A stretch of 64,000 bases of DNA from contig NZ_JAKRWF010000003.1 in NCBI RefSeq assembly GCF_022352215.1, positions 165,854 through 229,853 on the forward strand. Reading direction: 5' to 3'. The position numbers and the translations under genes are program-made. Below the pieces are notes generated by a model that was not told the DNA's origin, did no database searches, and saw only the letters and a list, made by a program, of their open reading frames with translations. The DNA comes from Flavihumibacter cheonanensis. Lineage in GTDB: Bacteria; Bacteroidota; Bacteroidia; Chitinophagales; Chitinophagaceae. Below are positions 58,541 through 64,000 of this stretch, in pieces (position 1 is the first letter of the stretch; the number at the start of each line of letters is the position of its first letter).

Positions 58541-60439
58541 TTGCAGCAGGATATTCATTCTATTTTAAAGCAGTACTGGGGGCATTCGGAGTTCCGACCG
58601 CTGCAGGAGGAAATAATCCGAACAGCATTGGAAAAGCAGGATTGCCTGGCGCTGTTGCCTACAGGGAGTGGGAAGTCTGTTTGTTTCCAGGTACCGGCAT
58701 TGGCGATGGAGGGAATCTGCCTGGTAATTAGTCCGTTGATTGCCCTGATGAAAGACCAGGTGGCGCAGTTACGTAAAAAAGGTATTTCAGCCCTGGCGAT
58801 TCATACCGGCATGCCCTACAAAGAGGTGAATAAAACCCTGCAGCTCGCACTGAATGGCCAGATCAAATTTTTATATCTGTCACCAGAACGCTTGCAGACC
58901 AATCTTTTTAAGGAATACCTGCCAGTTCTTCCGGTTACCCTGATTGCTGTGGATGAAGCACATTGTGTATCCCAATGGGGATATGATTTCCGTCCGCAAT
59001 ACCTGCAGATAGCAAGTCTACGGGAAATCCTTCCGGAAGTTCCTATTCTGGCGCTTACCGCTTCGGCTACCCCCTTGGTTCAGGAAGATATAATGACTCA
59101 ATTGCAGTTGAAGAAAGCTGTTGTGCACAAGGGTTCCTTTATTCGTGAAGCCCTCTCCTATAGCTGTTTTGAAGAAAGCAGCAAACTTCCTAAACTATTT
59201 GATATCATTTCCAAAGTGGAAGGCAGCAGCATTGTGTATTGCAGAAGCCGAAAACGCACGGTGGATATCTGTCGTTTCCTGAATGAGCGGGGAATTTCAG
59301 CAACTTATTATCATGCCGGCCTGAACCAGGAGGAAAGAAATGAACGTCAGCAACAGTGGACACAAAATCAGGTACGCATCATCGTTAGTACCAATGCCTT
59401 TGGTATGGGCATCGATAAACCGGATGTACGAACAGTAGTGCATTATGATGTTCCGGATTGCCTGGAGAATTATTACCAGGAAGCAGGCCGTGCAGGCAGA
59501 GACCGGCAAAAAGCCTATGCAGTTCTCTTATACAACCAGCAGGATTTGACTGAAGTGGAGCAGCAACTGGAAAAAAAATTCCCCGACATGGAAACAATTA
59601 AAAAAGTTTACCAGGCAATGGCGAATTTTCTGCATTTGCCTACAGGTACCGGAGAGGGACAATCATTCGATTTTGACCTTACGCTGTTCTGCAAAAATTT
59701 TGACTTGGACCGGATGGTAGCCATTAATGCCTTGCAACTACTTCAGGCCAATGGTTATTGTGCCTTGAATGAATCGGTATATGAACCAGCGAGGGTGCAG
59801 TTTGTTGCGGATCGCAGCTGGCTGGAGCAGGTGGAGAAAAATTATCCGGCACTCGAACCTCTTATTAAAACCCTGCTTCGCACGATAGAAGGAATTTTCA
59901 GTTATCCGGGCATGATTTCGGAAACCTACCTGGCACGGCTATTAAGAACAGAAAGGGAAAACATAATTAATCAATTGAAACAGTTGGAATCACTTGGTAT
60001 AGTAAACTATGAACAGGCCCGTGATCAGCCACAACTGGTTCTATTGACCGAGCGGGTTAAAACTGAAAACATCCAGCTGGACCTGAAAGCCATTGAACGC
60101 AGAAAAAAAATCGCGAAAGAACGACTGGATGCGCTCTTCCAATACACAATCGGCAACACCTGCCGAAGTAGTTTTATTGGTCGCTATTTCGGTGATGCAG
60201 CCATAAAAGATTGTGGCATTTGTGATAACTGCCTTGAAAAAAAGAGGAAAGCAGCAAAACCTCAGCAATTACAAAATAAAATACTGAATTCACTGGAAAA
60301 TGGCGCTAAATCAATAACCACGCTTCAGGCTGAAATTGGCAACAATGCTAATCAGCAGGAATTGCTGGGGGTTATCCGTCTCTTAGAATCAGAACAATTA
60401 ATCCGGGTGCAGATCAGTGGCATGGTAGAACGTTTGTAA
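58541..60439 (+). CDS. recQ: ATP-dependent DNA helicase RecQ
   Basis: It has the DEAH box (VDEAHC), RecQ-Ct zinc-binding cysteines and an HRDC-like tail. Confidence 0.9.
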   Translation: MQQDIHSILKQYWGHSEFRPLQEEIIRTALEKQDCLALLPTGSGKSVCFQVPALAMEGICLVISPLIALMKDQVAQLRKKGISALAIHTGMPYKEVNKTLQLALNGQIKFLYLSPERLQTNLFKEYLPVLPVTLIAVDEAHCVSQWGYDFRPQYLQIASLREILPEVPILALTASATPLVQEDIMTQLQLKKAVVHKGSFIREALSYSCFEESSKLPKLFDIISKVEGSSIVYCRSRKRTVDICRFLNERGISATYYHAGLNQEERNERQQQWTQNQVRIIVSTNAFGMGIDKPDVRTVVHYDVPDCLENYYQEAGRAGRDRQKAYAVLLYNQQDLTEVEQQLEKKFPDMETIKKVYQAMANFLHLPTGTGEGQSFDFDLTLFCKNFDLDRMVAINALQLLQANGYCALNESVYEPARVQFVADRSWLEQVEKNYPALEPLIKTLLRTIEGIFSYPGMISETYLARLLRTERENIINQLKQLESLGIVNYEQARDQPQLVLLTERVKTENIQLDLKAIERRKKIAKERLDALFQYTIGNTCRSSFIGRYFGDAAIKDCGICDNCLEKKRKAAKPQQLQNKILNSLENGAKSITTLQAEIGNNANQQELLGVIRLLESEQLIRVQISGMVERL

Positions 60440-60448
60440 CGCCACCCA

Positions 60449-62023
60449 CTACCAAAGTGTTTTTTTTCTGCTGCTTCTTCCGCCCAGGCCCAATGCACCC
60501 AGCAAGGTTCGGGTGATGGTACTCGTTAGCGTGCGGGTAGCCTGTCTGCCAGCGGAACTGTTGAGCATTTTTTCCAGCACGGTTTTTTCTTCTTTTTTAG
60601 AACCGTTTGCCTTCGCTTCTTTAGCAACCTGCTTCTTTGCTTCTTCGGCAGCTTCGAGTCCGGCTGCCTCTTCCAGTTTGGCTGTCAATAATTCATAGGC
60701 ACTTTCAGCATCTACTTCCTGGTTGTATTTCTTTACCATTTTGCTTCCGGAAACCAGGCCGGCAATTTCCTGTTCAGTCAGAATATCCATCCGGCTTCGT
60801 GGAGAGGTAAGCAGTACATGCGCCAGCGGGGTAGGAATACCTTTTTCATTCAGCAATGTGACAATCGCTTCACCAATACCCAGTTGGGTTAGCAACTCGT
60901 CCGTTTTATAAAACTCCGTTTCCGGATAATTCTCTGCAGTTTGTTTGATCACTTTACGATCAGCGGCTGTAAAAGCCCGAAGGGCATGCTGCACTTTCAG
61001 GCCCAATTGTCCGAGAACATCCTTTGGCACATCCATTGGATTCTGCGTACAAAAGAAAATACCAATTCCCTTGGAGCGGATCAGCTTCACAATCGTTTCG
61101 ATCTGCTGCAGCAAGGCTTCACTTGCCTCCTGGAAAATCAGGTGAGCTTCATCAATGAAGAGGACCAGTTTGGGTTTGTCCATATCCCCTTCTTCCGGAC
61201 TGGAACCATACAATTCTGCCAACAATTGCAGCATGAACGTAGAGAATAATTTGGGACGATCCTGCAGATCCGTAACCCGCAGAATCGAAATCACACCTCT
61301 TCCATCGTCGGAGATCCGCATCAGATCTTCCACCTCGAAACTTTTTTCTCCAAAAAATGGATCCGCCCCCTGCTGCTGCAATTCTACCACTTTACGCAGA
61401 ATGGTGCCGGTAGAAGTAGTTGATATTTTCCCATAGGCTTTCTCCAGTTCCGCCTTGCCTTCAGCACTCACATATTGTAATACCTTGATGAAATCCTTGA
61501 GATCCAGCAAGGGCAACTGGTTGTCATCACACCATTTGAAAATCATGGCAACAAGCCCGGCCTGGGTATCATTCAAACTCAAAATCTTACTCAGCAGCAC
61601 GGGACCGAACTCGCTAACGGTAGCCCTCAAGCGCACTCCGGGTTCATTACTCAGGGAGAGCAGCTCCACCGGGTAGGATGTTGGCTGATAGTCCATCCGG
61701 AGATGCTGGTAGCGTTCTTTGATCTTATCATTACTGGCACCGGCTGCAGCGAGTCCACTCAGGTCACCTTTGATATCCATCAGCAGTACGGGCACGGAAT
61801 TATCACTAAGTACCTCTGCCAGTACCTGCAAGGTTTTCGTTTTACCGGTACCCGTGGCACCGGCAATAAGACCGTGTCGGTTCAGGGTTTTCAGGGGCAG
61901 CAGTATTTCTGCATCCGGAACCGGCTGACCATTCAGTATGCCTATACCAATTTTAGCGGAATCACCTTTAAACGTGTAGCCCTTTTTGATGGCTTCAATG
62001 AACTGGTTCGTATCTGCTGACAT
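60449..62023 (-). CDS. HerA-like/DUF853-family (YjgR-like) P-loop NTPase
   Basis: It has Walker A GATGTGKTKT and Walker B LVLFIDEAH, and is 524 aa. Confidence 0.7.
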   Translation of the reverse strand: MSADTNQFIEAIKKGYTFKGDSAKIGIGILNGQPVPDAEILLPLKTLNRHGLIAGATGTGKTKTLQVLAEVLSDNSVPVLLMDIKGDLSGLAAAGASNDKIKERYQHLRMDYQPTSYPVELLSLSNEPGVRLRATVSEFGPVLLSKILSLNDTQAGLVAMIFKWCDDNQLPLLDLKDFIKVLQYVSAEGKAELEKAYGKISTTSTGTILRKVVELQQQGADPFFGEKSFEVEDLMRISDDGRGVISILRVTDLQDRPKLFSTFMLQLLAELYGSSPEEGDMDKPKLVLFIDEAHLIFQEASEALLQQIETIVKLIRSKGIGIFFCTQNPMDVPKDVLGQLGLKVQHALRAFTAADRKVIKQTAENYPETEFYKTDELLTQLGIGEAIVTLLNEKGIPTPLAHVLLTSPRSRMDILTEQEIAGLVSGSKMVKKYNQEVDAESAYELLTAKLEEAAGLEAAEEAKKQVAKEAKANGSKKEEKTVLEKMLNSSAGRQATRTLTSTITRTLLGALGLGGRSSRKKTLW

Positions 62024-62071
62024 GAAATCGATATTTCCGGGTAAGATAATGGAAAAATGGAATTGGGTGGT

Positions 62072-62443
62072 TTAAAAATCCTCTTCCCTTTCCAGCATCA
62101 GAATGGCACTTTGAGGAACAATAAAATATTTTTCTCCCTCGTACATCACTTCGGTGGCGCCACTCACCAGGAAGATAGCAAGATCTCCTTCGCGCGCCTG
62201 CAGTGGAATATATTTAACCTGTTCTTCTGCCTGCTTCCAGGATTCATCTTCGGGAGGTGTAGGAATCGCATAACCCGGGCCCGTCCGAATTACATATCCC
62301 TGTTGTACTTTTTCTTTTTCCTGCACACCGGGAGGAAGATAAAGACCACTGGCAGTTTGTTCATTTGGTTTGGAGGGACGAATCAGCACCCTGTCACCAA
62401 TTACAATCAGTTTTTTCAGTTTAGCATCAGCTGTAAGGCGCAT
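62072..62443 (-). CDS. GroES-family (Cpn10-fold) protein, stand-alone paralogue not followed by groEL
   Basis: It is 123 aa and has a GroES-like pattern (GDRVLIRP, SGLYLP, GPGY, GDLAIF). Confidence 0.55.
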   Translation of the reverse strand: MRLTADAKLKKLIVIGDRVLIRPSKPNEQTASGLYLPPGVQEKEKVQQGYVIRTGPGYAIPTPPEDESWKQAEEQVKYIPLQAREGDLAIFLVSGATEVMYEGEKYFIVPQSAILMLEREEDF

Positions 62444-62468
62444 GGAGTAGTATTTTTTGGCAAAAATA

Positions 62469-62520
62469 CGGAGGAATGGAAGATGGAAACAAGGGAGACG
62501 GGAGGCAGGAGACGGGCCGC
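62469..62520. repeat. GGA-rich purine tract (GGAGGAATGGAAGATGGAAACAAGGGAGACGGGAGGCAGGAGACGGG) followed by a partially complementary pyrimidine tract
   Basis: It shares an exact GGAATGGAAGATGGA with the minus strand of 40440-40500. Confidence 0.8.
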
Positions 62521-62617
62521 TTCACTCCTCCCACCTCCTTTGTCCCATTTAACAAAATCTTATCCCACTTGGTCACCGGCAGAAAATGAATTAATTTTAT
62601 TATTAACTCATAAATCA

Positions 62618-63328
62618 ATGATCATGGAAGAAAAGAAAGCAAGAATACTATTGTGTGAAGACGATCAGAATCTCGGACTGGTGTTGAAGAATTACCTGGA
62701 ATTGAATGATTTTGATGTGGTGTTGGAACGCGATGGCCGACTAGGTCTCGCAGCCTTTCAGCGTGAAAAATTTGATCTCTGCCTGCTGGACGTAATGATG
62801 CCAAATATGGATGGCTTCAGTTTGGCAGAAGAGATCCGCGATATCGACCCCGATGTGCCCCTGTTTTTCCTAAGTGCCAAAACCATGAAGGAAGATATTA
62901 TCCAGGGTTACAAACTGGGTGCGGATGATTATATCACCAAGCCCTTCGACAGTGAAGTGCTGTTGTTAAAGATTAAAGCTATCCTCAAGCGCAATGAGGA
63001 ACTGAACAAGGAACAGGAAAACAAGGAATTTGACCTTGGCAGTTTCCATTTCAACCCAAAATTGAGAGAGCTTACGCACAGCGGACAAACACAAACCTTG
63101 TCGCCCAAGGAGAATGAATTACTGAAAATGCTTTGTGAGCACATGAATGACCTCTTGCCACGTGAGCAGGCTCTTAAAAAAATCTGGGGTAGTGATACCT
63201 ACTTCAATGGCCGGAGTATGGATGTATACATCGCTAAACTAAGGAAGTACCTGAAAGAGGATTCCAGCATTGAAATCGTCAACATTCACGGCAATGGATT
63301 CCGCCTGGTAGTACCAACTCCTGCTTAA
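62618..63328 (+). CDS. OmpR-family response regulator (REC plus winged-helix DNA-binding domain)
   Basis: The start is taken at MIMEEKKARILLCEDD. The upstream part of ORF 62057 overlaps the GroES-like gene on the opposite strand. It has the receiver motifs and a C-terminal wHTH (RSMDVYIAKLRKYL). Confidence 0.85.
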   Translation: MIMEEKKARILLCEDDQNLGLVLKNYLELNDFDVVLERDGRLGLAAFQREKFDLCLLDVMMPNMDGFSLAEEIRDIDPDVPLFFLSAKTMKEDIIQGYKLGADDYITKPFDSEVLLLKIKAILKRNEELNKEQENKEFDLGSFHFNPKLRELTHSGQTQTLSPKENELLKMLCEHMNDLLPREQALKKIWGSDTYFNGRSMDVYIAKLRKYLKEDSSIEIVNIHGNGFRLVVPTPA

Positions 63329-63344
63329 TCAGTCTTTACACAAA

Positions 63345-64000
63345 TCAATCAAACAAACCTGGGAAGTGACCCGTACGGGGTTGCTTTCCCAGGTGTTCAT
63401 AGGCTTTTAATGTAGCTTCCCTTCCCCGGGGCGTACGTTGCAGGAACCCCTCCTGAATCAGGAAAGGCTCATACACTTCTTCCAGCGTACCTGCTTCCTC
63501 TCCTACTGCCGTTGCAATGGTGGTAATGCCAACCGGACCACCTTTGAACTTCTCAATAATGGTAGAGAGTATCCGGTTATCCATTTCATCGAGACCATGT
63601 TCGTCCACATTCAGGGCTTTCAGTGCATGTTGGGTAATTCCAAGATCAAGTTGCCCATCGTTTAAGACCATAGCGAAATCCCGCACGCGCCGCAATAGTC
63701 CATTCGCAATCCTTGGCGTACCCCGGCTCCGGCGGGCAATTTCGGCAGCTGAATCATCGGTAATAGGAGCATTTAATAAGGCAGCAGAACGACGAATGAT
63801 TTTCTCCAGCGTGCCGGCATTGTAATATTCAAGGCGAGATTTGATCGCAAATCGACTTAATAAGGGAGCTGTTAATAAACCACTCCGCGTAGTGGCACCA
63901 ATGAGGGTAAAAGGATTCAGATTGATCTGGATACTGCGGGCATTTGGGCCACTGTCGATCATGATATCAATCCGGTAATCTTCCATCGCGGCATAGAGAT
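63345..64000 (-). CDS. ruvB: Holliday junction branch-migration helicase RuvB (C-terminal about 220 aa; the N-terminus lies beyond the window end)
   Basis: [40 protein letters not shown] aligns with the RuvB sensor/arginine-finger region. The reading frame is open to the window edge. Confidence 0.9.
   Translation of the reverse strand, partial: LYAAMEDYRIDIMIDSGPNARSIQINLNPFTLIGATTRSGLLTAPLLSRFAIKSRLEYYNAGTLEKIIRRSAALLNAPITDDSAAEIARRSRGTPRIANGLLRRVRDFAMVLNDGQLDLGITQHALKALNVDEHGLDEMDNRILSTIIEKFKGGPVGITTIATAVGEEAGTLEEVYEPFLIQEGFLQRTPRGREATLKAYEHLGKQPRTGHFPGLFD

Noticed and set aside
62057-62617. N-terminal 187 aa of the 423-aa plus-strand ORF
   Set aside because: This part overlaps the GroES-like gene on the opposite strand and has no coding-like features. 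The response regulator starts at the internal MIMEEKK at 62618.
1-64000. Mobile elements, prophage or an integrated island
   Set aside because: No integrase, transposase, recombinase, phage structural genes or flanking direct repeats were seen. The tRNA-Leu is not followed by an integrase. The gene content is core housekeeping in conserved Bacteroidota synteny.

Overview
This 64-kb window reads as a chromosomal segment of a Bacteroidota genome, probably a Chitinophagia or Sphingobacteriia-like lineage. The evidence for that placement is a SusC/SusD pair, the LpxC-FabZ fusion inside an lpxD-lpxC/fabZ-lpxA cluster, TAnnTTTG-type promoter motifs, weak Shine-Dalgarno signals and a REC-PglZ gene. 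Most of the window is housekeeping: dnaB, pheT, zapA, rny, rplS, tatA, gatA, purA, relA/spoT, tig, two tandem clpP paralogs, clpX, the lpx genes, ald, tsaE, copA, recQ and a partial ruvB. There is one tRNA-Leu(UAG) and several rho-independent terminators. I found no integrase, transposase, CRISPR array or prophage signature. The most interesting part is a co-directional module at about 28.3-38.8 kb. It starts with a divergent XRE-family regulator, followed by a YbjN/YjfI-like small protein, PspA/IM30 (ESCRT-III superfamily), an NfeD/YqiJ-like membrane protein and an SPFH/flotillin. Next comes a 1617-aa protein whose only recognisable part is a C-terminal Lon-like AAA+ ATPase module with no protease domain, and the module ends with a tandem universal stress protein. 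I interpret this as a candidate PspA/flotillin membrane-stress or membrane-remodelling system with an uncharacterised giant ATPase partner. Other notable items are a perfect 12-copy ACGTGAG heptamer microsatellite abutting tRNA-Leu and degenerate copies of the same heptamer family at two further intergenic loci. There are also GGA-rich purine tracts at three loci, a DnaA-box cluster with an AT-rich tract between dnaB and pheT, and operator-like 21-bp periodic repeats upstream of a membrane-protein/HTH pair. DnaB and a translationally coupled acidic protein both carry an SSB-like acidic C-terminal tail ending in F.
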